Part shown: in pieces, positions 9,054 to 19,785 of the stretch
Position numbering within the stretch: position 1 is the stretch's first letter
Layout of the letters: each line of letters begins with the position of its first letter
Assembly (NCBI GenBank): GCA_963699545.1
Contig: CAVOUE010000005.1
Span: 416,001 to 480,000 of the forward strand
Origin: Nitrospirota bacterium
GTDB taxonomy: Bacteria > Nitrospirota > Thermodesulfovibrionia > Thermodesulfovibrionales > UBA9159
Length of the DNA stretch: 64,000 bases
Direction: 5' to 3'
The notes under the pieces: generated by a model
What the model saw: the letters and a program-made list of their open reading frames with translations, nothing else
What the model was told of the DNA's origin: nothing
Databases searched by the model: none
Made by a program: the position numbers and the translations under genes

Positions 9054-11108
9054 CTACGTTCCCCTTACCGTGCCGCCGGTTTTGGCAGTTATGTATGCGG
9101 TCAGACTTCCGTGAAGCTCTTCGATCTCGGAATCGGTAAGGGTCCTGTCCTTTGCCCGGTATCGTACCGTAAAGGCAAGGCTCTTTTTCCCTCCCGGGAT
9201 ATTCTTCCCCTTATAGAAATCGAACAGTGATATATCCTCTATGAGTTCCGTGGGGTAAGCCCTCAGATGCTCCATGATGGCTGCTGCGGGGAGGGACCCA
9301 TCGACCACAAGGGCCATATCCCTGTCAATGAAAGGGTATCTCGGAAGAGGACTATATTTTGCCCCTCCGCTCACCGACGCCAGAAGTGTATCAAGGTTCA
9401 TCTCCACCACGATGATGTCCTGCTGTGACACCTTCAGAGAGAGTTTTTCGACGATGTCAGGATGGAGCGCCCCGAGGAAACCGATCTTCTTTCCCGACAC
9501 CGCGATATCTCCGGATTTCCCGGGGTGCAAGAAGGGTTCTGAGGAAGGCTGGAAGAGGTGATCGCCGATCCTGAGATCATCCAGCAAAGACTGAACCGCC
9601 CCTTTCACAATATAGAAGTCAGGGGTTTCCTCCTTCCAGAGAGAAGGCGTCTTCTCCCTGAAATAGAGAGCGCCCATATGGTGCTCTTCATCGGGAAGGG
9701 CCTCGCCTCTGTCGATGAAGATACGGGAGATCTCAAAAAGACGAAGGTCCCTGCTCCCCATGGAGACGTTATGGAGAAGATTCCGGATGAGGGATGGCAC
9801 GAGCGTGGTCCTCAGATGGGATTCCTCTTCATTGATGGGATTCCTCAGGACAAGAGCCCTGCGCCGGGAATCACTTTCTCCGATGTTGAGGACGTCGAGC
9901 ATCCGGGGATCCATGAAGCTATAGTTGATGGCCTCGGTGAACCCTGCACTCCGGAAGGATTCCTTCACCCTTGCCATACCGTGGTAGCGCGTATCTTTCG
10001 CCTCTTTTGAGATCGGGATCTTCGGGACCGTGACCGGAATCCTGTCGAATCCATGGAACCGTGCGATCTCCTCTATGAGATCGATCTCTTTCTGTATGTC
10101 ACCCCTGAAAGAAGGTGGGGTCACCACAAATCCTTTCGGTCCTTTTCCCACTTTCATGCCGAGCCGCTGTGCTATGTCAATCATCTCATCAGGGGGGATG
10201 GAAGTGCCGAGTATCCTGTTCACCCGGTTGTATCTCACCTCTATCCCGTATGCCTGGAAGGGCTTTGGATACACGTCCACCAGCCTCGAAACTCTTCCGC
10301 CGGCATGAACAGCCATTAATGAGGCAGCCCTGTCCAGGGCCTTTTCAAGAAGCTCGATATCCGTACCCCGTTCAAAACGGTATGCGGATTCCGTCTTCAG
10401 ACCCAGAGCCTTGGAAGTCCTTCGTATGGATGACGGGAGAAAGTATGCGCTCTCAAGGAAAATATTCTTCGTTTCTTCCTTCACCTCTGTCTCAGCGCCG
10501 CCCATGACTCCTGCCACCGCCACGGGCCGCTCACCGTCCCAGATGAGGAGAGCATCCTCAGGGAGAGAGCGTTCCGTCCCGTCAAGGGTCGTTATCGCGC
10601 TGCCCGCAGCTCGTGCAACTCTGATCGTACTTCTCTTGAGGGTATCCATGTCGAAAGCGTGTAAGGGGTGCCCCATCTCCAGGAGAACATAGTTCGTGAT
10701 ATCAACGACGTTGTTGATGGGCCTCATGCCGCATTTTTCGAGCCGCCTTTTCATCCATGCGGGTGAGTCCCCGATGGTCACTCCCTTGATATCCCTCCCT
10801 GCATACCGGTGGCAGAGATCCTCGTCCGATATCTCAACATGGACCATTGAGGGACCGCCCTCTTCTCTGACCTTATACTCAGGGAACTTCAGGGGGACGG
10901 CAAGGAGCGCTGAAACCTCCCGGGCAATGCCCAATATGCTGAGGCAATCAGGCCTGTTCGGAGTGACATTCACCTCAAGGACGGTATCGTCCTCCATCTT
11001 CTCCACGCCTTCGACCTCAAGCCCGACCATGGTTAGTTTCAGGATGAGATCATCGGTGCTTACGGGATAATCGACAAACTCTTTAAGCCATTCAAGAGGA
11101 ACGCGCAT
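9054..11108 (-). CDS. pheT: Phenylalanine--tRNA ligase beta subunit (short form lacking B2 OB domain)
   Basis: TPNRPDCLS, RPINNVVDITNY, YRFERG, DLIEEIAR, C-terminal FDX-ACB; downstream of pheS. Confidence 0.95.
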   Translation of the reverse strand: MRVPLEWLKEFVDYPVSTDDLILKLTMVGLEVEGVEKMEDDTVLEVNVTPNRPDCLSILGIAREVSALLAVPLKFPEYKVREEGGPSMVHVEISDEDLCHRYAGRDIKGVTIGDSPAWMKRRLEKCGMRPINNVVDITNYVLLEMGHPLHAFDMDTLKRSTIRVARAAGSAITTLDGTERSLPEDALLIWDGERPVAVAGVMGGAETEVKEETKNIFLESAYFLPSSIRRTSKALGLKTESAYRFERGTDIELLEKALDRAASLMAVHAGGRVSRLVDVYPKPFQAYGIEVRYNRVNRILGTSIPPDEMIDIAQRLGMKVGKGPKGFVVTPPSFRGDIQKEIDLIEEIARFHGFDRIPVTVPKIPISKEAKDTRYHGMARVKESFRSAGFTEAINYSFMDPRMLDVLNIGESDSRRRALVLRNPINEEESHLRTTLVPSLIRNLLHNVSMGSRDLRLFEISRIFIDRGEALPDEEHHMGALYFREKTPSLWKEETPDFYIVKGAVQSLLDDLRIGDHLFQPSSEPFLHPGKSGDIAVSGKKIGFLGALHPDIVEKLSLKVSQQDIIVVEMNLDTLLASVSGGAKYSPLPRYPFIDRDMALVVDGSLPAAAIMEHLRAYPTELIEDISLFDFYKGKNIPGGKKSLAFTVRYRAKDRTLTDSEIEELHGSLTAYITAKTGGTVRGT

Positions 11109-11109
11109 A

Positions 11110-12138
11110 TTAAAACTGCCTCAGAAACCGTATATCGTTCTCGTAGAACATCCTGATATCATCTATGGAATACTTAAGCATGGCCAATCTCTCCACTCCC
11201 ATGCCGAAGGCGAAACCCGTGTATCTCTCAGGGTCATAGCCCACCATCTCGAATACCTTCGGGTTCACCATCCCTGAACCGAGCACTTCAAGCCATCCTG
11301 ACCCCTTGCATACCCTGCACCCTGAGCCGGAACAGAGGATACAGCCGATATCGACCTCAGCGCTCGGCTCTGTGAACGGGAAAAAGCTCGGACGGAACCT
11401 CACCGGCGTATCCTTCGAGAACATGAGATGGACAAAGATCTCAAGAACGCCCTTGAGATCGCTGAAGGAGATATCGGTATCCACCACCAGCCCCTCCACC
11501 TGGTGGAACATGGGCGTATGGGACACATCTGCATCACAACGGTACACCTTTCCCGGTGCGATGAACCTCAGGGGCGGTTTCCTCCTCTCCATGGTCCTCA
11601 CCTGGACCGGGGAGGTGTGGGTCCTGAGGATAACGTCATCACTGATATAAAAGGTATCCTGCATATCTCTGGCGGGATGGTCCCGGGGGATGTTCAGCGC
11701 CTCGAAATTGTAATGATCGAGTTCCACCTCAGGGCCGACCTCGGTATCAAAGCCCATGCTCACGAATATGTCGATGATCTCTCTCAGTACCGTGCTGATG
11801 GGGTGCATCTTCCCGGGCTTTGTATACTTCCCCGGCAGGGTAATGTCGATGGCGTCAGCGGTGATCTTACTGCGGCGTTCTGCGTCCTTGATCCCGGATT
11901 CCTTGCCGTCGATCTCACTCTCGATGAACGTCTTCAGTTCGTTCATCAGCTTCCCATAGGCGGGCCGCTCCTCTGCCGGGACGGTCGAGAGGAGTTTGAG
12001 CTTGGAGGTGAGGAGACCCTTCTTTCCCAGGTATTTCACCTTCAATAGCTGGAGATCAGCGGACGTCCCTGCGGCACCGAGATCATCCAAGAATGTCTTC
12101 TTGATATCCTGTAAATCTTCCATAGATAAATACGCCAA
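11110..12138 (-). CDS. pheS: Phenylalanine--tRNA ligase alpha subunit
   Basis: HPARDMQDTF, LRTHTSPVQ, FPFTEPS, GFAFGMGVER. Confidence 0.97.
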   Translation of the reverse strand: MAYLSMEDLQDIKKTFLDDLGAAGTSADLQLLKVKYLGKKGLLTSKLKLLSTVPAEERPAYGKLMNELKTFIESEIDGKESGIKDAERRSKITADAIDITLPGKYTKPGKMHPISTVLREIIDIFVSMGFDTEVGPEVELDHYNFEALNIPRDHPARDMQDTFYISDDVILRTHTSPVQVRTMERRKPPLRFIAPGKVYRCDADVSHTPMFHQVEGLVVDTDISFSDLKGVLEIFVHLMFSKDTPVRFRPSFFPFTEPSAEVDIGCILCSGSGCRVCKGSGWLEVLGSGMVNPKVFEMVGYDPERYTGFAFGMGVERLAMLKYSIDDIRMFYENDIRFLRQF

Positions 12139-12203
12139 TCCCCCTTCGTCTCCCTTCGAGTAAAGGGGATCCAGGGGGATTGAAAAAATACTCCCGTGGT
12201 TAA

Positions 12204-12563
12204 TTACGAAGCGAGTTTCTGTTTTACGGTCTCGGTGATCCGGCTGAACGCCTCCGGATCATCATACGCCATATGGGCAAGGGCCTTCCTGTCAAGCCCG
12301 ATCTCCGCCTTCTTTACTCCCGACATGAACTGGCCGTAGGTGAGCCCGAGCGCTCTCACCGCGGCATTGATCCTTATGATCCAGAGGGACCTGAATTCCC
12401 GCTTCTTGACCTTCCTGTCCCTGTAGGAATACTGCAGCGCCTTATCCACCGCCTCCGTTGCTATCCGGAAAAGACGGCTTTTGGCTCCATAGTAGCCCTT
12501 GGCCCTCTCCAGTATCTTCTTCCTTCTTCTCCTTGTCTTGAAACCACCCTTTGCTCTCGGCAT
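12204..12563 (-). CDS. rplT: 50S ribosomal protein L20
   Basis: [24 protein letters not shown]. Confidence 0.97.
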   Translation of the reverse strand: MPRAKGGFKTRRRRKKILERAKGYYGAKSRLFRIATEAVDKALQYSYRDRKVKKREFRSLWIIRINAAVRALGLTYGQFMSGVKKAEIGLDRKALAHMAYDDPEAFSRITETVKQKLAS

Positions 12564-12615
12564 CTATCCCTCCTTAAACTTTATTGCTTCCTTTCAGCCT
12601 CTCAACAGTTCTTCA

Positions 12616-12813
12616 CTACTTGTACGGAATAAGTCTCTTGATATTCGCTTCGTCGGTCTTCGCAACCAGCGTGCTGGTCCTCAGGTGCCTCATTCTCTTT
12701 GAAGGCTTTCCGGTAAGGATATGGCTTTTGTACGCCTTGCTGCGCTTGACCTTTCCCGTTCCGGTAACCTTGAACCTCTTCGCGGCTCCTCTATGCGTTT
12801 TAAGTTTGGGCAT
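12616..12813 (-). CDS. rpmI: 50S ribosomal protein L35
   Basis: [30 protein letters not shown] before ATG 12813. Confidence 0.97.
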   Translation of the reverse strand: MPKLKTHRGAAKRFKVTGTGKVKRSKAYKSHILTGKPSKRMRHLRTSTLVAKTDEANIKRLIPYK

Positions 12814-12826
12814 GGAATCCTCCTGA

Positions 12827-13333
12827 TTATTTCGGTGACACCACCATTGTAATATTCTTGCCTTCCTGTCTCGGCGCCTGTTCCAGTGTGAATTTTCCGT
12901 CAAGATACTGCATCAGTCTATCAAAAACCTTCATGCCGAGATCAGGCCTTACCATTTCTCTTCCCCTGAAGAACATCGTGACCTTGGCCTTATTGCCGTC
13001 ATCGAGGAAACGCCGTATGTTCCTGGCCTTCAGTTCCAGGTCATGCTCGCCTATCTGGGGCCTCAGCTTCACCTCTTTCACCTCGATGGTCTTCCTCGAC
13101 GTATGCTTCTTGCTGAGCTGATACTTGTACTTGCCGAAGTCCATTATCTTGCATACGGGGGGCACGGAATTCGGAGCCACCTCCACAAGATCAAAACCCC
13201 TTTCATCCGCCAGCCTGAGGGCCTCTGCAAGGGGCACTACGCCCGCCTGCGACCCGTCCGCGTCGATAAGCCTGACCGTCTTTGCATGGATCCTTGTGTT
13301 TACCCTTATTTCTTTGCCGATGTCCTTGCTTAT
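12827..13333 (-). CDS. infC: Translation initiation factor IF-3 (non-canonical ATA start)
   Basis: [41 protein letters not shown] 5 nt upstream of in-frame ATA at 13333. Confidence 0.93.
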   Translation of the reverse strand: MSKDIGKEIRVNTRIHAKTVRLIDADGSQAGVVPLAEALRLADERGFDLVEVAPNSVPPVCKIMDFGKYKYQLSKKHTSRKTIEVKEVKLRPQIGEHDLELKARNIRRFLDDGNKAKVTMFFRGREMVRPDLGMKVFDRLMQYLDGKFTLEQAPRQEGKNITMVVSPK

Positions 13334-13337
13334 ACTA

Positions 13338-15254
13338 TCACCTCCTGAGTGTAATATCCTCTCTTATGAGCTCCAATAAATTCTCAACCGTCATGGAGCC
13401 AAGGTCCTCTCCGTTCTGTCTCCTTACGGAAAGTGTGGCCTCCGTGATTTCCCTGTCGCCTATTATAACCAAATAGGGTATTTTTCTGATAGTGGCTTCC
13501 CTGATCTTATGCCCTATCTTTTCATTGTCCAGATTCGCTTCCGTCCTTATCCCTCCGGCCTTGAATATCCGTGTCACCTTTCCGGCATATTCAGAGTGCC
13601 TCTCTGCTATGGTGAGAACGGCCACCTGAACAGGAGCGAGCCAGACAGGGAAGAGACCGGCATAATGCTCGATGAGGATACCGAAGAAACGTTCGAGGGA
13701 GCCCATCAGCGCCCTGTGAATCATGATGGGTCTGTGTTCCTTGCCGTCGGCCCCCCTGTAAGAGACATCGAATCTCTCCGGGTTGTTGAAGTCGACCTGA
13801 ATGGTGCTGCACTGCCAGGCCCTCTTGAGAGAATCCTTTACCTTGATGTCGATCTTCGGTCCATAGAAGACCCCTTCACCGGGATCTATGGAATAGGATA
13901 ACCCCTTCACCTCAAGCGCCCGCTTCAACGCCTCGGTGGAACGCTCCCAGCTCTCCGGGGTCCCGACGTACTTTTCCGGCCTCGTGGAGAGATAGACATC
14001 ATACTCACGGAAGCCGAAGGTCTTCAGAATGAAGAGGGTAAAATCCAGGACACTGAGGATCTCCTCTTCGATCTGGTCTTCCCTGCAGAAGATATGGGCA
14101 TCATCCTGCGTAAACCCCCTGACCCTCAAAAGCCCGTGGAGAACGCCTGAGCGCTCATACCGGTAGACCGTGCCCAGTTCGGCATAGCGTATGGGGAGGT
14201 CCCGGTAACTCCTGAGGTTGCTCTTATAGATCTGGAGGTGGAAGGGGCAGTTCATGGGTTTCAACTCATATTCCAGTCCCTCTATCTCCATGGGGGAATA
14301 CATGTTCTCACGGTAAAAATCCCAGTGCCCGCTTTTCTGCCAGAGGTTCAGTTTTGCGATGTGCGGAGAAAAGAGGATCTTATAGTCTGCCTTGGCGTGT
14401 TCATCCCTCCAGAAGTCCTCGATCGCCCTTCTTATAACAGCGCCGTTGGGATGCCACAATATGAGGCCGGGACCGATATCATCGCTCACACTGAAGAGGT
14501 CAAGCTCCTTACCGAGCCTCCTGTGGTCTCTCTTTTTCACCTCTTCCAGAAAGGCCAGATACTCTTTCAGGTCTTTTTCCCTGTCAAATGCAGTGCCGTA
14601 GATGCGCTGGAGCATCTTCTTCTTTTCATCGCCCCTCCAGTATGCACCCGCAATGCTGAGAAGTTTAAAGGCCTTGATAGCTCCGGTGGTCGGAACGTGG
14701 GGCCCCCTGCAAAGGTCTACGAAACCGCCTTCTTCATAGAGCGACACGGAATCATCCGCTATCTCATTGAGCAGTTCGACCTTGTAGTCCTGCCCCGCGT
14801 CTCTGAAGAGCTGTATCGCTTCGTTCTTTGGAAGGTCCTTACGGATGAATGGTCTGTTCTCCTTTATGATCTCCGCCATCTTCTTCTCGATCAGCTCAAG
14901 GTCTTCAGGGGTGAGGGGCCGGTCAAGATCAAAGTCATAGTAGAACCCCTCTTCCGTTGACGGACCGATGGCAAGCTTTACCTTGAAGCCGAAAATGGTC
15001 TGGACAGCGTGCGCCATAATATGGGATGCGCTGTGGCGGTAAATCTCTTTCCCCTCAGCAGATTCAAAGGTCACCGGCTCAAAGGTAGCCTCATCACCGA
15101 CATCCTTCAGCTGTGACAGGTCCTGCAGACCACCGTCTGCCTTGACCGCAACGGCCCTGGCTTTCTTCAGCTCTTTCTGAATGTCAGGAAGGGCACCGGA
15201 GACCTCGCTTCCATCAGGATACCTTATCTTGATCTCAACACCTCCATTAAGCAA
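13338..15254 (-). CDS. thrS: Threonine--tRNA ligase (start TTG 15254, or ATC 15233)
   Basis: RHSASH, DLCRGPH, KPMNCP, FYGPKID, IHRALMGSLERF. Confidence 0.97.
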   Translation of the reverse strand: MLNGGVEIKIRYPDGSEVSGALPDIQKELKKARAVAVKADGGLQDLSQLKDVGDEATFEPVTFESAEGKEIYRHSASHIMAHAVQTIFGFKVKLAIGPSTEEGFYYDFDLDRPLTPEDLELIEKKMAEIIKENRPFIRKDLPKNEAIQLFRDAGQDYKVELLNEIADDSVSLYEEGGFVDLCRGPHVPTTGAIKAFKLLSIAGAYWRGDEKKKMLQRIYGTAFDREKDLKEYLAFLEEVKKRDHRRLGKELDLFSVSDDIGPGLILWHPNGAVIRRAIEDFWRDEHAKADYKILFSPHIAKLNLWQKSGHWDFYRENMYSPMEIEGLEYELKPMNCPFHLQIYKSNLRSYRDLPIRYAELGTVYRYERSGVLHGLLRVRGFTQDDAHIFCREDQIEEEILSVLDFTLFILKTFGFREYDVYLSTRPEKYVGTPESWERSTEALKRALEVKGLSYSIDPGEGVFYGPKIDIKVKDSLKRAWQCSTIQVDFNNPERFDVSYRGADGKEHRPIMIHRALMGSLERFFGILIEHYAGLFPVWLAPVQVAVLTIAERHSEYAGKVTRIFKAGGIRTEANLDNEKIGHKIREATIRKIPYLVIIGDREITEATLSVRRQNGEDLGSMTVENLLELIREDITLRR

Positions 15255-15260
15255 TTAGAT

Positions 15261-15289
15261 ATCATACACAGTTTCCTCTTGTTTTTCAA
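15261..15289 (-). promoter_or_regulatory. sigma70-type promoter of the thrS operon
   Basis: Minus strand TTGAAA-17nt-TATGAT with TG extension. Confidence 0.6.
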
Positions 15290-15389
15290 TGCCTTGTCTT
15301 TGTTCTTTGCGCTGTCTGACAGGCAGGATGACCGAAGGGTGGAGACGCGATGAAAGGGGGTGATATTTCCGGCAACCACACCGGGGAAA

Positions 15390-16902
15390 CTAAGCCCCCT
15401 GCTTCCTTCTCGCCGCCAGCTTGTTCAGGGCATTGATGTATGCCTTTGCCGCAGCAACGATGATGTCCGTGTCAGCGCCCTGCCCCCTCACCTTTACTCC
15501 ATCCTCTTCAAGAGATACGAGGACCTCGCCGAGGGCGTCGGTACCGCCGGTGATGCTCTTGACCTCGAACTTGAGGAGATTGCTTTTCGTCTCGGTGATC
15601 GCTGAGATCGCCCGGTACACCGCATCCACCGGTCCGTCGCCATGGGCCACCGTCTCCACGGTCCGGTCACGCACGATAAGCTTGAGCGTAGCGGTGGGCC
15701 TCACGTTGATACCGCTGGATAGGGAAAGATCGGCAAGGCTGTATGTCTCGGGTATCTTTGACACCTCTTCCGAAACCAGGGTCGCGATGTCATCATCGAA
15801 GATATCCTTCTTCTGGTCCGCAAGGTGCTTGAACTTACGAAAGGCTGTCTCGATCTCTTCATCGCTGAGCTCATACCCCAGTTCCCTGAGCCTTTCCTTG
15901 AAGGCATGCCGGCCTGAATGTTTTCCGAGAACGAGCTCTGTCTGTTTCAGCCCGACATCTTCAGGACGCATGATCTCATAGGTCATCTTCTCCTTCAGGA
16001 GGCCGTCCTGATGAATGCCTGATTCATGGGCAAAGGCATTGGCGCCCACGATCGCCTTGTTCGGCTGCACCGGTATGCCCGTTATTCTCGTAAGGAGTCT
16101 GCTGGTGCGGATGATCTCCCGGGTGTTGATATTGGTCGTGGCCTGGTAGAAGTCCTTCCGGGTCCTGAGGCTCATCACCACCTCTTCCATGGAACAGTTG
16201 CCGGCCCGTTCACCGATACCGTTCACTGTGCATTCCACCTGACCCGCGCCGTTCATGATGGCCGAAAGAGAGTTTGCCACAGCAAGGCCGAGGTCATTAT
16301 GACAGTGCACAGAGATCACCGCTCTGTCTCCGATCCTTTCCTTGATGGCCCTGATCATGCTTCCGAATTCCACAGGAGTGGTGTAACCCACCGTGTCGGG
16401 GATATTCACGGTCGACGCCCCGGCATCGATCACGGCCATGACAACATCCAGCAGATAGGGGAGCTCCGTTCTCGTAGCATCCATGGGAGAGAACTCCACA
16501 TCTTCCACAAGGCTCTGTGCCAGTTTCACCATTTCTGCTGATCTCCTCAACGCCTCTTCACGGCTCACCCTGAACTGATGCTTCAGGTGGATATCTGATG
16601 TCGAATGAAAGGTGTGGATTCTTCCGCTGGGGGGCATCCTTTACCGCCTCGAAAGCCCTCCTGATATCATCCTCCTTGGCCCTCGCAAGACCGGCAATGA
16701 TGGCTCCCCTGACCTCGCCGGCGATCCTTTTTACGGCCTCGAAATCCCCTGGCGAGGCGATGGGGAATCCGGCCTCGATGATATCCACTCCCAGCCTCAC
16801 CAGCTGCTTTGCAAGCTGGATCTTCTCATCCACGTTCATGGACGCACCGGGTGACTGTTCCCCGTCACGAAGCGTTGTATCAAATATTCTGATGACTCTC
16901 AT
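15390..16902 (-). CDS. leuA: 2-isopropylmalate synthase (one +1 frameshift near 16625-16635)
   Basis: [14 protein letters not shown] in 16558-16902 frame; [24 protein letters not shown] and allosteric domain in 15390-16637 frame. Confidence 0.92.
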
Positions 16903-17743
16903 CTTTTTCCTCGGCAGGCTCCGGAGAATACTTCTTTTCTTCCTCGTTTTTCCGTGACCCTTCCAGAAGCTGCCCCTTCTCCAGAAGTTTTGTCCTCTTT
17001 CTCTTTATGAAAAGGTGCACGTTCTCAATTATACCCCAAACCAGGTACGCCATCGCAAAAATGAATATGGCGGTGGAAGGGTGCACGAAGAGAACAAAAA
17101 GAATTATGACAAAGACGATGAGAAACCAGAAAGGCTTCTTCTCCCTGAAGTCGATCTCCTTGAGGCCGTGATAGCGGATGGTGCTGACCATGAGGAGGGA
17201 AAGCAATATGGTGATGACAAGGAAGAAGACATTTTTTTCAGGAAGCCCTTTCCAGTAATCGTAATAAAAAATGACGATGGAAGACATAACCGTAGCAGCC
17301 CCGGGGATGGGCATTCCCTTGAATGACTTTAATCCTGGCGTGCCGGTCTGTATGTTGAACCGGGCGAGCCTCAATGCGCCGCAGGCCACAAAAAGGAACG
17401 CTGCCGCCCACCCGACCCTTCCAAAGGGCATAAGGGCCCATTTATACATCATTACCGAAGGGGCAACGCCGAACGCCACGAGGTCCGAAAGGGAATCCAG
17501 CTCGATCCCGAAGCGTGTCGATGTGTTGGTGAGACGGGCGATCCAGCCGTCAAGACCGTCAAAGACATTGGCAAGGACAATGGCCCACGCGGCGTAGAGA
17601 AAATTTCCGTTGATCGCCGAAAGGATCGCGAAAAAGCCGCAGAACATACCGCAAAGGGTAAGGGTGTTGGGTAAAAGGTATATCCCTTTCTTCGGCTGCT
17701 TTTCCGCGTTCCTCTTATGCTTAAGACCCATAACCATCGGCAC
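16880..17743 (-). CDS. pssA: CDP-diacylglycerol--serine O-phosphatidyltransferase
   Basis: [37 protein letters not shown]. Confidence 0.93.
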   Translation of the reverse strand: MPMVMGLKHKRNAEKQPKKGIYLLPNTLTLCGMFCGFFAILSAINGNFLYAAWAIVLANVFDGLDGWIARLTNTSTRFGIELDSLSDLVAFGVAPSVMMYKWALMPFGRVGWAAAFLFVACGALRLARFNIQTGTPGLKSFKGMPIPGAATVMSSIVIFYYDYWKGLPEKNVFFLVITILLSLLMVSTIRYHGLKEIDFREKKPFWFLIVFVIILFVLFVHPSTAIFIFAMAYLVWGIIENVHLFIKRKRTKLLEKGQLLEGSRKNEEEKKYSPEPAEEKDESHQNI

Positions 17744-17847
17744 GTACGGTCCTCCTTCGTTTCTCCTGGCTGTATTATAATAAAAAAATGATATATCTGC
17801 TTGAGAAATAAGCCCCTTTCCACAGGCTGCGCCTTTTTATACCACTG

Positions 17848-17876
17848 TTGACTTAAGAAAGTCTATCTGATATCTT
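17848..17876 (+). promoter_or_regulatory. sigma70-type promoter of the fluoride riboswitch operon
   Basis: TTGACT-17nt-TATCTT about 10 nt upstream of the aptamer. Confidence 0.6.
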
Positions 17877-17885
17877 ACCTTCAAA

Positions 17886-17969
17886 GGGCGATGGAGTTCG
17901 CCATTAACCGTCCCGAAGAATCGGGACTGATGACTCCTACCAAATAGACTTTGGTAGGATTTTTTGTTT
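17886..17969 (+). ncRNA. Fluoride (crcB) riboswitch with terminator expression platform
   Basis: GGCGATGGAGTTCGCC..TAACCG..CTGATGACTCCTAC matches the crcB aptamer consensus; overlapping CCTACCAAA-TAGAC-TTTGGTAGG hairpin + T tract. Confidence 0.93.
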
Positions 17970-17983
17970 CTGGAGGGCACTCA

Positions 17984-19165
17984 GTGGCAGTCAGTATCGC
18001 GATGATCATTCTCCTCGGCCTGCTTTCCGACCACCTCTTCCGCAGGCTCAATATGCCCGGTCTTGTGGGAATGCTTCTCACAGGAATGGTCCTTGGCCCC
18101 TATGCGCTGAATGTGATCGATCAGGTCATCCTGACGGTCTCTTCCGATTTCAGAATGATCGCCCTCATTGTGATCCTCCTGAGGGCCGGGTTTGCCACAC
18201 AGAGAGAGACGCTTAACAAGGTGGGAAAGACAGCGATCTTGATGGGCGTCGTTCCTGCAGTCCTTGAGGGCGCCATGATAACCGTGATCGCCCGGCAGCT
18301 CTTTGGCATGAGCACTCTTGAGGCGGCTGTTCTGGGTTGCGCTGTCGCCGCTGTCTCTCCCGCGGTAGTCGTCCCCTCGATGATACGCTTCATCGAAGAC
18401 AAGAGAGGGACGAAGAAGGGGATTCCCACCCTGCTGCTGGCTTCTTCTTCTCTTGATAATGTCTTTGTGATTGTCATTTTTTCAGCCCTGATCGGAATGT
18501 ATGAAGGGAAAAGCGCACACCTCTTTACGACACTGCTCCAAATACCCCTTTCGATAGCCCTGGGGATAGCCTCAGGCATAGTCATAGGGTTTGCCCTCTA
18601 CAAGATGTTCGTGCGATACCAGCCGCGGGCCACGAAGAAAGGAATGATCGTCATAGGAGCCGCCATCCTTCTCACCTGGATGGAGAGAGTGCTGAAACCC
18701 TATGTTCTTGTTTCGTCTCTTTCGGGCGTTATGGCCGTAGGGTTCATCATTCTCGAGAAATCAGAACCGATAGCCCACAATATATCTCAGAAACTCGGCA
18801 AGATATGGGTGTTTGCAGAAATACTTCTCTTCGTACTCGTGGGCGCACAGGTCAATGTTCGCGTGGCATGGGATGCAGGTCTGGCAGGAATGGTGCTCAT
18901 CCTTTGCGGGCTGGCCGCCAGGAGCATCGGCACCTTCGCTGCCCTCTTCCTGACCGACCTGAACCTGAAGGAGAAGCTCTTCTGCGTAGTCTCGTATATA
19001 CCTAAGGCGACGGTGCAGGCGGCCATAGGCGCTGTACCGCTCTCCGTGGGCATGAAATCAGGTCATATTATCCTGGCGGTGGCGGTGCTTTCGATACTTT
19101 TTACCGCGCCGCTCGGAGCTGTGGCGATGGATAAGGTCGGCGAAAAAGTTCTGGGAAAGGCATAG
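17984..19165 (+). CDS. Cation:proton antiporter (CPA/NHA type)
   Basis: Many TM helices; ILLRAG, AVSPAVVVP, ASSSLDNV, PKATVQAAIG; GGAGG before GTG 17984. Confidence 0.88.
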   Translation: MAVSIAMIILLGLLSDHLFRRLNMPGLVGMLLTGMVLGPYALNVIDQVILTVSSDFRMIALIVILLRAGFATQRETLNKVGKTAILMGVVPAVLEGAMITVIARQLFGMSTLEAAVLGCAVAAVSPAVVVPSMIRFIEDKRGTKKGIPTLLLASSSLDNVFVIVIFSALIGMYEGKSAHLFTTLLQIPLSIALGIASGIVIGFALYKMFVRYQPRATKKGMIVIGAAILLTWMERVLKPYVLVSSLSGVMAVGFIILEKSEPIAHNISQKLGKIWVFAEILLFVLVGAQVNVRVAWDAGLAGMVLILCGLAARSIGTFAALFLTDLNLKEKLFCVVSYIPKATVQAAIGAVPLSVGMKSGHIILAVAVLSILFTAPLGAVAMDKVGEKVLGKA

Positions 19166-19176
19166 GCAGTATCGGA

Positions 19177-19647
19177 ATGTTTGAACTCGATATTCCAGGT
19201 TTTGGTCTTGTCAGATTAGAACATCTCGTATCAGATTTCACCGGAACTCTGTCTGTTGACGGGACACTCCTCCCCGGAGTAAGGAAGCAGTTAAATAGGA
19301 TATCTGACTTTATGAAGGTTCATATTCTGACCGCTGATACATTTGGAATGGCAACGGCCGAACTTGATGGCACCAATTGCGAAATCCATATCCTTAAGGG
19401 CAACGACCATGATATTCAAAAAAAGGACTATGTGAAAAGGCTTGGGGCTGACAGGGTTATCGCCCTTGGAAACGGCAACAATGACAGAAACATGCTGAAA
19501 GTTTCAAAGATAGGAATTGCCGTTTGCATGAAAGAAGGCTGTGCAATTGATACGATTACATCAGCGGATATTCTTGTCACATCTACTATAGATGCGCTTG
19601 ACCTCTTGCTTAACCCCAAGAGGTTGAAGGCCACCCTGAGATTTTAA
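19177..19647 (+). CDS. HAD-superfamily soluble P-type-ATPase-like phosphatase (COG4087-like)
   Basis: SDFTGTL motif I, LTADTFG, GNGNND motif. Confidence 0.85.
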   Translation: MFELDIPGFGLVRLEHLVSDFTGTLSVDGTLLPGVRKQLNRISDFMKVHILTADTFGMATAELDGTNCEIHILKGNDHDIQKKDYVKRLGADRVIALGNGNNDRNMLKVSKIGIAVCMKEGCAIDTITSADILVTSTIDALDLLLNPKRLKATLRF

Positions 19648-19651
19648 GCAC

Positions 19652-19785
19652 GGTACCCCTTTCACGTCGGTATGCGATCGGGGGATATGATCCTTGCGAC
19701 CGGGGTGCTTTCCGTGCTTATAACCGCACCTCTTGGAGCCGTGGCTGTGGATAAGGTCGGCGAAAAAGTCATAGGAAAGGGATAG
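19652..19785 (+). pseudogene. Relic 3' end of a paralogous/ancestral cation:proton antiporter
   Basis: Translates VGMRSGDMILATGVLSVLITAPLGAVAVDKVGEKVIGKG* versus VGMKSGHIILAVAVLSILFTAPLGAVAMDKVGEKVLGKA* of the intact gene; 22-nt identity 19128-19149 = 19748-19769. Confidence 0.85.

Noticed and set aside
16620-16640. Programmed frameshift or phase variation in leuA at a G6/C6 run
   Set aside because: The run is short and the same +1 error pattern occurs elsewhere in the window; sequencing error is more parsimonious.
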